Shown one piece after another: positions 1 through 10,169 of a stretch of 29,356 nucleotides of DNA. Where the stretch lies: NCBI GenBank assembly GCA_900617105.1, contig UYFQ01000852.1, positions 248,001 through 277,356 of the forward strand. The letters are read 5' to 3'. The number at the start of each line of letters is the position of its first letter. Position 1 is the first letter of the stretch. The stretch is from Hydrurus foetidus. Lineage: Eukaryota. A program made the translations under genes and the position numbers. The notes under the pieces were generated by a model. That model was not told the DNA's origin. It made no database searches and saw nothing but the letters and a program-made list of their open reading frames with translations.

Positions 1-203
1 TCCCCGATGCGGGCGATTGAGGTCCGGTCCGGCAGACCGGGAATGGCCTCGGTCAGGGTGATCGCGCCGCCGAACGCGATGGCGCCGGACACGTCGGTGT
101 CGACGGGATTCCAGTCGTTCCAACCCGGAAGATCGGCGATGACCTCCCAGATCCTTTCGGACGTGGCGCGGACGCCGATGCGTTTCTCGACCTTGAAGTT
201 CAT
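1..203 (-). CDS. SRPBCC/polyketide cyclase-like (START) family protein, runs off the window edge
   Basis: Hand translation of the minus strand from ATG 203 (GGAGA RBS upstream) gives MNFKVEKRIGVRATSERIWEVIADLPGWNDWNP, the typical SRPBCC N-terminal motif. Confidence 0.75.
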   Translation of the reverse strand, partial: MNFKVEKRIGVRATSERIWEVIADLPGWNDWNPVDTDVSGAIAFGGAITLTEAIPGLPDRTSIARIG

Positions 204-225
204 GGTCTCCGATGTCGCAAGCGAC

Positions 226-248
226 CGGCCCGAACGCAAGCCGGGCCG
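226..248 (-). terminator. GC-rich hairpin downstream of the MFS gene
   Basis: CGGCCCG (226-232) pairs with CGGGCCG (242-248); no strong U-tract. Confidence 0.35.
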
Positions 249-289
249 TTCGCCGCGCGCATCGTCAGGTCGACGTGCCGCAGAGGGCC

Positions 290-1593
290 TCAGCTGTTGC
301 CTTCGGGACCCGGCTGTGACGCCGGTGCCATTTCCGGCGCGGGGCCTCATCGTCCGTGCGGGCGACCAGCGACTTCAGGGCCGGGCTGATCCAGGCGACC
401 GCCACCGCCCCGGCCAGCAAGACGGCGTTGCCGAGGAAGGGCGCGAACTCCCGAAACTCATACAGGGCGACACCGGCCACCGGTGGCCCCAGGAAGCTGA
501 GGCCTGCCAGCGCCATCATCAACCCGGCCACTGCCCCTGTTCGTGCGGCCCGACGGCCAGCGACGATCCGGCGGTGAAGCCCGGCCGCGCGAACCCCACG
601 CCCATCGACACCACCGCATAGCCCACCACGACCCCGAAATAGCCCGGCGAGGCAATGCTGAGCAGGTTGCCGACCAGGGCCAGGGCCGCGCCCCAGCGCA
701 TCAGTTCGGGCGGCCGCAGCTTCAGCAGCGGGATCAGGCCCCACTGCACCATCAGGGTCGCCAGGGCGCCGGCGAACATCGCCAGACCGATAAGGGCTGG
801 GCTGCCCGGGCGTCCAGTCCCGTCGTCGCCATCTCGTCGATGATGTGGAATCCCAGCACGGAGATGTTGACCGCCTGCGCCCCGTGACCAGCAGGCAGGC
901 CGAACAGCAGGAAATCGCGGACGCGCGGATCACGCCACAACCCCTTGCCGACGTCGGAGGCTCCCGCCCTCTGGCCGCTCGGCGACGGTATGCGCACCAC
1001 CTCGCCCGAGGGCAGGAACCGCATGACGATGACCAGGACAATCAGGCCGAACAGGGCGAACACATACATCGGCCCCGCCAGCCCGACGAAAGGCAGGATG
1101 AAGAAGGGTGACAGGACCGGCCCGATCACCGTGCCCAGCCCCTGGGCCGACGCCAGCAGGGACATGGCCTGGGTGCGCTCGGCCGGTCCGGTCCGGTCGG
1201 CGACATAGGCCTGGGATGCGATCGGCGCGGCCGATCCGGAACACGCCATAGACCGACCGTGCCGTGGCCATCAGGGTGAAGGCGACGATGGCCCCAGCCA
1301 CCCTTCGATCCCCGAGGTCGCCGCGAGGCCGAAGCCGAGCATCGAAACCACGAACCCGGTCATCCCGATGACGATGACCCGCTTGCGACCCAGCGAATCC
1401 GACAGCCGGGCCCAGAACGGCGAGGTGAAGGTCCAGATCAGGGCCGAGATGGCGAACGCGCCGGCGACCAGCGTATCGGCCAGATGGAACTGTCGGCCGA
1501 TCGCCGGCAGGACCGATTGAAGCCCCATATTCCCCGCCGCCGCGATCAGGCTGACGATGAACAGGATCATGAAGGCGGGTGATCTGGGGACAT
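290..1593 (-). CDS. MFS transporter (DHA1/TetA-like), frameshifted in this sequence
   Basis: Fragments FMILFIVSLIAAAGNMGLQSVLP, WARLSDSLGRKRV (MFS motif A), ASQAYVADRT...GTVIGP and many TM segments over several frames; both ends approximate. Confidence 0.8.
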
Positions 1594-1714
1594 GGAAGGG
1601 GCTTAGCGCCGACCCGCCGCCGGGGTCACGCGTCCGTGGTGATCCGGTCCGGAAACCGCCGGACACGCCAGCCATCCCGTTGCAGTCTCGACGGACAGAC
1701 ACAGCGAGGCGGAC

Positions 1715-2115
1715 ATGGCGACCATCCATATCGAACGGACCATCGAGGCATCGGCCGAAAGGGTCTGGGAGGCTCTGCGGGACTTCGGGGCCCTGCACTC
1801 GAAAACAGCACCAGGCTTCATACTGACACGGTCGTCGAGGGGATGTTCGACCGTGACGTTCGCCGGAGGCCTGGTCCTGCGCGAACGGTTGATCGCGATC
1901 GACGATGAGCACAGGCGGATCGTCTACAGCATCCTGTCGGACATGTTCGAACACCACAGCGCCTCCAACGCCGTTGTGCCGCTGGACGGCGGCCGCTGCC
2001 GCTTCGTCTGGGTCGTGGACTTCCTGCCCGACGGACCAGAGGAGCGCATCACCGCCATGATGCAAGCCGGATCGAGGCCATCAAGGCGTCGATGGAGCGC
2101 GACGCCGGCCTCTGA
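1715..2115 (+). CDS. SRPBCC family protein
   Basis: MATIHIERTIEASAERVWEALRDFG...RERLIAIDDEHRRIVYSI; GAGG RBS; stop TGA 2113-2115 after a probable frameshift. Confidence 0.8.
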
Positions 2116-2120
2116 CGGCT

Positions 2121-2468
2121 TCAGTCGTCTCCGACCACCGTCAGCGTGGGCTTCAGCCGTCGGTTGTCATCCAGGCCCAGCCGTGCCTTGACTTCGAACA
2201 GGTCGGCCCGCGGGCACGATCAGCAGGGCCTTGGGGTTGAGGCGTTGATGGCCACGACGGCATTCTTCGGACAGATGTCGAAACAGCCGGTCTGGATCAC
2301 GGCCAGTTGCCTTGCGGCCCTTGCCGTCGCTGGCCGCAGATAGGTCTTCAGCGCCTTCTTCAACGTCTTGTCGCCGCCGGGTCCGAACCCGCCGTCCAGC
2401 TTCTTCTGGCATTTCTTGCAGACCAGGACGACGTCGCGCCATTTCGTTTTCGCGGTCTTGATGGCCAT
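2121..2468 (-). CDS. Thioredoxin-like (2Fe-2S) ferredoxin domain protein
   Basis: MAIKTAKTKWRDVVLVCKKCQKK...QTGCFDICPKNAVVAI has CxxC and CxxxCP cysteines; the C-terminus continues in another frame. Confidence 0.65.
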
Positions 2469-2561
2469 AGGTCCTACATCGGCCGCCTGGCGGGCCGCAA
2501 GACGCTTGCGTCGCCTTGACGCCTGCCCCATCATCCGCCGACCGCTTTCCGGAGACCGCCG

Positions 2562-3860
2562 ATGTTCCGCCCCGCCCTGCTCGCTGCCGTCCTGACGCTG
2601 GCGGGATCGCCCGCCCTGGCCCAGACCCCGGTCAGCGCGGCCGAGGTCGCGACGGCGGCGCAGCGCGTCAATGCCGAGGTCATCGCCTGGCGCCGCGACC
2701 TGCACCAGCATCCGGAACTGGGGCTGGCCGAGACCCGCACGGCGGCCTTCGTCGCTGAACGCCTCCGCGCCATGGGCATCGAGGTGCGCGAGGGCGTGGG
2801 CCGCACCGGCGTCGTCGGCGTGCTGCGTGGCACCGGAGCCGGGCCACAGCACGTCGTAGCCCTGCGCGCCGATATGGACGCCCTGCCGGTGCTCGAGGCG
2901 ACGGGCCTGCCGTTCGCCCTCGACCGCGACCGGGACCTATCAGGGCGCGACGTGCCGGTCGCCCATGCCTGCGGCCACGACGCGCATGTCGCCATGCTGC
3001 TGGGGGCGGCCGAGGTGCTGAGCGGGATGAAGGACCGGTTCAGCGGCACGATCGTCTTCCTGTTCCAGCCCGCCGAGGAGGGCGTCCCCCGGCGAGCCGC
3101 TCGGCGGGGCGCGGCTGATGATCGAGGCGGGCGCGCTGGCGATCCGGAAGGTCGAGGCCATCTTCGGCCTGCACGTCGTGCCGGGGGTCCCGGGCACGAT
3201 CTTCTATCGACCCCAGGGCTTCATGGCTGCGTCCGACCGCGTCGACATCGTCCTGCACGGCCGCCAGACGCACGGGCCTGGCCCTGGCGCGGCGTCGACG
3301 TCATCGCGGTGACGGCCAATGTGATCCAGACCATCAACACCTGACGGCCCGCACCGTCGACCCGACCACGACCCCGACGGTCTTCACGATCGCCACGATC
3401 GATGCCGGCGTGCGCTACAACATCATCCCGAGGAGGCGACGATGGCGGCACGCTGCGCACCTTCAACATCGCCCAGAGGGATGCCCTGGTCGCCCGCGCC
3501 GAGGCGGCGGTCGACCACGTCGCCGAGGCTTACGGCGCGACGGCGGATTTCTCGGTGCGCCAGAACGCGCCTGGTGTTCAACGACGAGGCCCTGTCGGCC
3601 TGGCTGGCCCCGGTGCTGACCGAGGCGGCGGGACAGGGCAAGGTCAATGCCGCATCGCCGCCCACGACGGTGGCCGAGGACTTCGTATTTCCAGGGCGAG
3701 GTCCCGGGCGTCTTCTACCACCTGGGGCCACCCGGACGGGATCGACCCCGCGACCGCCGCGCCCAACCACTCGCCACAGTTCGACGTCAACGAGGCCGTC
3801 CTGCCCGTCGGGTCCGCGCCCACGTCCTGAGCGCGCTGCGCTTCCTGGAGCGCTTCCTGA
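2562..3860 (+). CDS. M20 family amidohydrolase (hippurate hydrolase/AbgB-like) with signal peptide, frameshifted
   Basis: [41 protein letters not shown] and NHSPQF motifs; hydrophobic N-terminus; end approximate. Confidence 0.88.
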
Positions 3861-3862
3861 CC

Positions 3863-4080
3863 ATGGCCGACAGCGAACTGGAGCGGTTCCGGCCACGCGC
3901 GCCACCGCGATCCACCGCCTGGATCTGATCGCGAGTGGCTTCAGATCACCTATGAGGACGGCACCCCATCGACATGGGCTCGGAAAGGTCCGGCTGGAAC
4001 AGGTCGTCACCGACATGGACCGTCGCATCGCCCGGGCCGAGCGGATGGCCGCGGCCCCGACCGGCCTGCCCAACCAGGGC
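3863..4080 (+). CDS. Small hypothetical protein (~70 aa), frameshifted
   Basis: Stitched reading [71 protein letters not shown] with host-like codon usage; stop uncertain. Confidence 0.5.
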
Positions 4081-4095
4081 GACGGGGCAGACAGG

Positions 4096-4285
4096 TTCAT
4101 CACAAAGGGCACGAAGAGAGCACAAAGGACACGAAGGCAGCGGCGCTGGGTGGAAGCCGATGTCTTTCGGTTGAACGATGATCGCGGCGTACGCCGCATT
4201 GATCCAGGGGAGACGGAGCGCGCGGTTGGCCGACCTCTCAGGACCCGTCGTCCTTCGTGCCTCCCTTCGTGTCCTTTGTGATGAA
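4096..4285. repeat. REP/MITE-like element with inverted arms made of CACRAAG units
   Basis: Left arm TTCATCACAAAGGGCACGAAGAGAGCACAAAGGACACGAAGG (4096-4137); the right arm (4252-4285) reverse-complements to TTCATCACAAAGGACACGAAGGGAGGCACGAAGG. Confidence 0.75.
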
Positions 4286-4330
4286 ACGGCTGTCGTCGCG
4301 GTCGGCGCGCCAACGCCAGCGACGCACCGT

Positions 4331-5521
<1,191 letters not shown>

Positions 5522-5569
5522 GGACCTATGCTTTTAGGAGATCGCGCCGAGCCGGAAAGGGGAGCCACC

Positions 5570-6044
5570 GTGCCGAAGATCGACATCGATGCCGCACCCA
5601 CCGGTCACGGCACGGCCTACCCGACGACCACGCCGGCCCCTGTCTGCCGCGTCGCCGCTGGAAGCTGGGGATGCGGCGGGCCTGACGCAGTTCGGCGTCA
5701 ATCTGCTTCGGCTTCCGGCCGGGGCCTGGTCCAGCCAGCGCCACTGGCACGCCACCGAGGACGAGTTCGTGACCGTCCTGTCCGGCGAGGTCGTGCTGGT
5801 CGAAGAGGACGGGGAGACGGTTCTGACAGCCGATGACTGCGCGGGCTTCAAGGCAGGGGTGCCCAACGGCCACAGGATCGAGAACCGATCGGGCGCAGAG
5901 GCGCTTCTGCTGGAAGTCGGCACGCGTTCGGCCACCACCGACGCCTGCGACTATCCCGACATCGACATGGTCCCGCCCGAGGGCGCGGATCGTTACTTCC
6001 ACCGAGACGGAACGCCTTACCCCAAACATGACCGACGCACCTGA
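5570..6044 (+). CDS. Cupin domain protein
   Basis: GTG start after GGAG; GLTQFGVNLLRLPAGAWSSQRHWHATEDEFV...FKAGVPNGH...DYPDID. Confidence 0.88.
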
Positions 6045-7306
6045 GGCTCCCGAGCCGATGACCGGGCCGAATGCCAAGGCGGCGCTCGCGGCTCACGGCA
6101 CCAATCCGTGGGCGATCAACGACTTCCGGCTGATCTGGCTGGGCCGGGTCGCGGCCGTCCTGGCGATCCAGATCCAGTCCTCGGCCCTGCTGTGGCAGGT
6201 CTGAGATCGCCCGTCGGGACCATCCGATCGCGGAGGCCAGCCTGTATCTGGGCCTCGTCGGCCTGTGCCAGTTCATCCCGCTGCTGGCGCTCACCCTGCC
6301 GGCGGGCGAGATGGCGGACCGACGCGACCGCAAGCGCACCGTCGTCCTGGCCATCCTCGCCGAAGGGGCCTGCGCCCTGTCCTTCCTCGCCATGGCGCTG
6401 CACGGCAGTCCCCGCTTTGGGGCCTGCTGGTCGTCGCCTTCGGGTTCGGGGCGTCGCGGGCCTTCCTGGCCCCGCCAGCCAGGCCTTCCTGCCCATGGTC
6501 GTGGGCCGGGCCGCCCTGCCCGCGCCATCGCAGCCCAGTCCATCGCCTTCCAGACCGGCGCCATCGCCGGCCCGGCCCTGGGCGGCGTGATCGTCGGCCT
6601 GTCGGTGCCCCTGGCCCATGCGTCGTCGCTGGCCCTGTTCTTCCTGGGCCTCGCCTGTTTCCTGATGATCCGACCAGCGGCGCCGTCGCCGATCGAGGGC
6701 GGCGTGGGCGCTGGCAGGCGGTCAGGACGGGTTGAAATACGTCTGGGACACCAAGATCGTGCTGGGCGCCATCTCGCTGGACCTGATCGTGGTGCTGTTC
6801 GCCGGCGTCGCCCTGCTGACGCCGATCTTTGCGCGACATCCTGCAGGTCGGCCCCGAAGGATTCGGCCTGCTGCGCGCGTCTTTCGGCGGCGGCCTTCCT
6901 GATGGCCCTTGTGCTGGCCGCTATCCGATCCCGGCAAGGGCGGCCTGCTGATGTTCGCCTCGGTCGCTGTGTTCGGCCTGTGCACCGTGGTCTTCGGCCT
7001 GTCGAAGATCGTCTGGGTCAGCGCGGCAGCCCTGTTCGTCGGCGGCATGGCCGACATGATCAGCGTCAACATCCGCCAGACCCTGATCCAGCTCTCGACC
7101 CCCGATCACATGCGCGGCCGGGTCTCGTCGGTGTCGATGCTGTTCATCGGCGCGTCCAACGAACTGGGCGAGGCCTATTCCGGCGTCATGGTGCGCTTCC
7201 TCGGTCCCATTGGCGCGGCGGTCTTCGGCGGCGTCGGGCGCTGACGGCGACGGCCGTTTGGGCGAAGCTGTTTCCGGGGCTCAGGAAGGCCGACAAGCTG
7301 GTGTGA
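6028..7306 (+). CDS. MFS transporter (H+ antiporter-3/EntS-like), frameshifted
   Basis: DFRLIWLGR, MADRRDRKR, GAISLDLIVVLFAG, QLSTPDHMRGRVSSV..FIGASNELG; start overlaps the cupin 3' end. Confidence 0.85.
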
Positions 7307-7310
7307 AGAC

Positions 7311-7450
7311 AGGCGTTCTCCCTCCTCGGGGGAGGGCAGGCGCAAAGCGCCGGGTGGGGCGGCAAGGCAAGGCCGCACGATGTATCGCCTGCCGTCTCCA
7401 CCCGGTCTTCGCTGCGCTCAGACCACCCTCCCGAGGGGAGGGAGAAGCCT
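7311..7450. repeat. Alphaproteobacterial REP-like palindromic intergenic element
   Basis: Terminal inverted repeats AGGC(G)TTCTCCCTCC and GGAGGGAGAAGCCT, a CCCTCC..GGAGGG hairpin in each arm, and an internal CCGGGTGG/CCACCCGG pair; lies between convergent genes. Confidence 0.8.
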
Positions 7451-7455
7451 GAGGA

Positions 7456-8467
7456 TTAGCCCCACGCCCTGAAATGCTTGCTGAGCTTCAGCCCTGACGC
7501 TGGTAGTGGCTGCCGCCTTCGCCATACAGCCGGGTCGGGCGTTCGGTCAGCGGCTCATAGACCAGCCGGGCGACGATCTGGCCGTGTTCCAGCAGGAAGG
7601 GCGTGTCGTGGGTGCGGACCTCAGCACCCTGGACCCGGCCCCGTGCGCCTCGTCGGTGCCGAAACCGGGATCGAAGAACCCGGCGTAGTGGACGCGGAAC
7701 TCGCCGACGCTGGGGTCGATCGGGGTCATCTCGGCCGCTTCCATGACCGGGATCTCGACGCGTCGTTCGAGGCGAGGATGTAGAACTCGCCCGGATCCAG
7801 CAGCAGTTCGCCGCGCCGGAGCGTCAGAGGCTCCCAGAAGTCCCTGGGGTCATGGCCGTCGATCTTGTCCAGATCGACGACGCCCGCATGGCGACGGCCG
7901 CAGCCCACGATGTCGCCGCCCTGCAGGTCGACGCCGACGCTGCGGGTCTCCAGCTTGGCGGTTCGCCGGCCTTCAGCCGCAACTGGTTCAGGCGGGTGCC
8001 GGGGCGGACCAGGATGGAAAACGTCTGGGGCGCGATCTCGAGATACAGCGGCCCTCGTAGCCCGCGTCCACGTCGTCGAAGGCGCCGCCCCGATCGGTCA
8101 GCAGCCGCACGAACACATCGACCCGCCCCGTCGAGGATTTGGGGTTGGCCCGCGCGATCAGGCCCCTGGGCAGGCTCAGCCGCTCCTGCAGCTCGGCGAT
8201 GTAGACGCAGCCCTTTTCCAGCACATAGCCGCCCGACAGGTCGATCGAATGCATCGACACGTCCGCGATCCGGTCGGCGACCAGCCTCTGTCCCGGCAGG
8301 AAGGACGCGCGCACCCGCCAGGCTCGCTCCGACAGGCGCAGGTCCAGGCTGGCCGGCTGCACCTGATCGCCATCGAACGGCGTGGCGGAGGTGATCGCGC
8401 CGCCGGCGATCAGGGTCTCGATGGACTGGCAGGGCAGGATGCCGGGCGTCGGAAAATCGATTTTCAT
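7456..8467 (-). CDS. dcd: dCTP deaminase (alphaproteobacterial long type), frameshifted
   Basis: QVQPASLDLRL, ANPKSSTGRVDVFVR, LDPGEFYILAS, GEFRVHYAGFFDPGFG, C-terminal GLKLSKHFRAWG-stop. Confidence 0.92.
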
Positions 8468-8503
8468 GCGAAACGCATACACACCGAACGCCACAAGAAA
8501 TGG

Positions 8504-8570
8504 CGTGCGAGGCGACTGCCTTGCTCAAGGTCGCTCACGCTTGCGACACGGTCGCTCGCTGCTTGAGCGC
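8504..8570. repeat. Palindromic intergenic repeat, copy 1
   Basis: 8543-8570 is the reverse complement of 9427-9454 (27/28 identical); internal GCTCAAG/CTTGAGC inverted pair. Confidence 0.7.
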
Positions 8571-8604
8571 GCTTGAAACCGTTGCCGCGCCGGGCGACGA
8601 TGCG

Positions 8605-9006
8605 ATGCACGACACCCGCCCTATGAAGCCGAAACCGACGGCGTGATCGTGCGGGTCCGCCCCAGCTATCTGGCCGGGCAATCCGACCCGACGAGGGGCG
8701 CTGGGTCTGGGCCTATCAGGTCGAGATCGAGAACCGGGGCACCCAGGCCGTTCAGCTGATGGCCCGGCGCTGGATCATCACCGATGCGACCGGCCATGTC
8801 GAAACCGTGCGCGGCGCAGGCGTGGTGGGTGAACAGCCCCTGATCGAGCCCGGCGACAGCTATTCCTATGCGTCCGGCTGCCCCTGCCGACGCCGTCCGG
8901 ATCCATGGAAGGGGCCTATGTGATGACCGACGCCACAGGCCGGCAGTTCGAGGCGACCATCCCGGCCTTCAGCCTGGATATGCCCGGCGGCCGGGTGCTG
9001 AACTGA
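8605..9006 (+). CDS. apaG: ApaG protein, frameshifted
   Basis: Hand-stitched [73 protein letters not shown]; missed by the ORF track. Confidence 0.92.
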
Positions 9007-9403
9007 TCAGACCTCTACTGTGGTGCCCGATTGCGCATCCGCATCGAGGCGCGCATCCGCACAACCGGCCATCAAAGGAATTTATTCCTCGTTCCGTCTT
9101 GCAGCCGGCGTCGGCACCCCAGATCAGTGCGGGTCTTTGACAGGTATGACCATCCCGCGTGCCGCCTCGGCATGACCGGAATTTCGCATAATCCTGGCAC
9201 CCTGCCATGGGCGGTTTCGCTAGAGATTTGATAAGTCGGGATTTTTGTGGGCTTGGCACCCGTGACACCCTGTTTTCCGCGGGTGCCGGACCGCTAAAGC
9301 AGGTGGGGTGTGGGGCTGCGTCAACCCGGATAACCGCAGCCCGCCCGGTCCTGCCGGGAAGCCCGGCGAGGCGGAAGTCGGCCCTCTACAGGGCGTGGAT
9401 GAC

Positions 9404-9471
9404 GAGGGGCGACAACGCCGCGATCTGCGCTCAAGCAGCGAGCGACCGCGTCGCGAGCGGCAGCGCCCTTC
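9404..9471. repeat. Palindromic intergenic repeat, copy 2, just downstream of gcrA
   Basis: GCGCTCAAGCAGCGAGCGACCGCGTCGC (9427-9454) enclosed by a GAGGGGCG/CGCCCTTC stem. Confidence 0.65.
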
Positions 9472-9473
9472 GC

Positions 9474-9984
9474 CTAGATATAGCGCCGCAGGCTGCGGGC
9501 CAGTTCTTCCTTGCCGCCGCGCTTCATCTGCGGCTGGTAGGCAACGCGGGCGTGTTCCTGGCAGTAGACGCCTTCCGAGGCGCGACGGCCGCAGAAGCTG
9601 AACTCGGTCGAGGACGGGTCGCCGATCGGCCATTTGCACATGTGCGCACCCAGGGTCATCACCGTGGCGGTCCCGGGCATCTCGGCGACGGCGGGAAGGC
9701 TGGCGCCGCCACGACGGGACGCGGGCCGGCTGGGCCGCCTCGATCCGGCGCGGTGCCGAGGGCTGGGCCGGCGGCGTGGTGCGCGTGCGGGCCGGGCGGA
9801 AGGTCGAGGTGCGGGCAGGCTGGGACGGCGTCGCACGACCCGACAGGCCGAGGCGGTGCACCTTGCCGATCACGGCGCTGCGGCTGACGCCGCCCAGCTG
9901 CTTGGCGATCTGCGAGGCCGACTGGCCTTCCAGCCACAGCTTCTTCAGCGCGCCGACGCGGTCTTCGGTCCAGCCTGCGGTCAT
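9474..9984 (-). CDS. gcrA: GcrA cell cycle regulator, frameshifted
   Basis: MTAGWTEDRVGALKKLWLEGQSASQIAKQLGGVSRSAVIGKVHRLGLSGR and C-terminal CKWPIGDP..FSFCG..YCQEHARVAYQP; GGAGG RBS. Confidence 0.96.
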
Positions 9985-10003
9985 GACACCCTCCGGGTCG
10001 AGC

Positions 10004-10123
10004 GATTCAAGATGTGGCGCCGAAGTCCCCTCGGGTCCCCGCTGCCACAACTAATCGTAAACGAGCCGTTAAGAGACGCAAGATGTGCGAATCAGTCCGT
10101 CCACAGAAACCACATCTTGAATC
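10004..10123. promoter_or_regulatory. Three CcrM (GANTC) sites and a 14-bp inverted repeat upstream of gcrA
   Basis: GATTC at 10004, GAATC at 10089 and 10119; GATTCAAGATGTGG (10004-10017) versus CCACATCTTGAATC (10110-10123). Confidence 0.6.
10058..10072 (-). promoter_or_regulatory. CtrA box upstream of gcrA
   Basis: Minus strand TTAA-CGGCTCG-TTTA, one mismatch to TTAA-N7-TTAA; CtrA represses gcrA in Caulobacter. Confidence 0.7.
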
Positions 10124-10130
10124 AGTGTTC

Positions 10131-10160
10131 GGCGAGACGGCCGGGTGAAGCCGTCTCGCC
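10131..10160 (-). terminator. Hairpin downstream of the sugar dehydrogenase gene
   Basis: Perfect 11-bp stem GGCGAGACGGC/GCCGTCTCGCC with an 8-nt loop, about 10 bp past the stop. Confidence 0.6.
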
Positions 10161-10169
10161 TGATCGGGC

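Noticed and set aside
7..621. 204-aa plus-strand ORF and the many similar Arg/Pro/Gly-rich ORFs in the track
   Set aside because: Shadow frames of high-GC genes on the opposite strand or in shifted frames; no motifs
4096..4285. Possible CRISPR or IS interpretation of the repeats
   Set aside because: Units are ~9-11 nt in inverted arms, with no repeat-spacer periodicity and no cas or transposase gene
9010..9135. 6S RNA or SRP RNA call for the long hairpin
   Set aside because: No recognisable conserved motifs and not in the usual ygfA or dnaX context
9137..9192. TTGACA and CATAAT as a sigma70 promoter
   Set aside because: 44 bp apart, incompatible with a -35/-10 pair
9195..9270. TGGCAC as sigma54 -24 elements
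   Set aside because: No TTGC -12 element at the required spacing
10097..10105. DnaA box upstream of gcrA (CCGTCCACA)
   Set aside because: Three mismatches to TTATCCACA; plausible from Caulobacter biology but too weak to call
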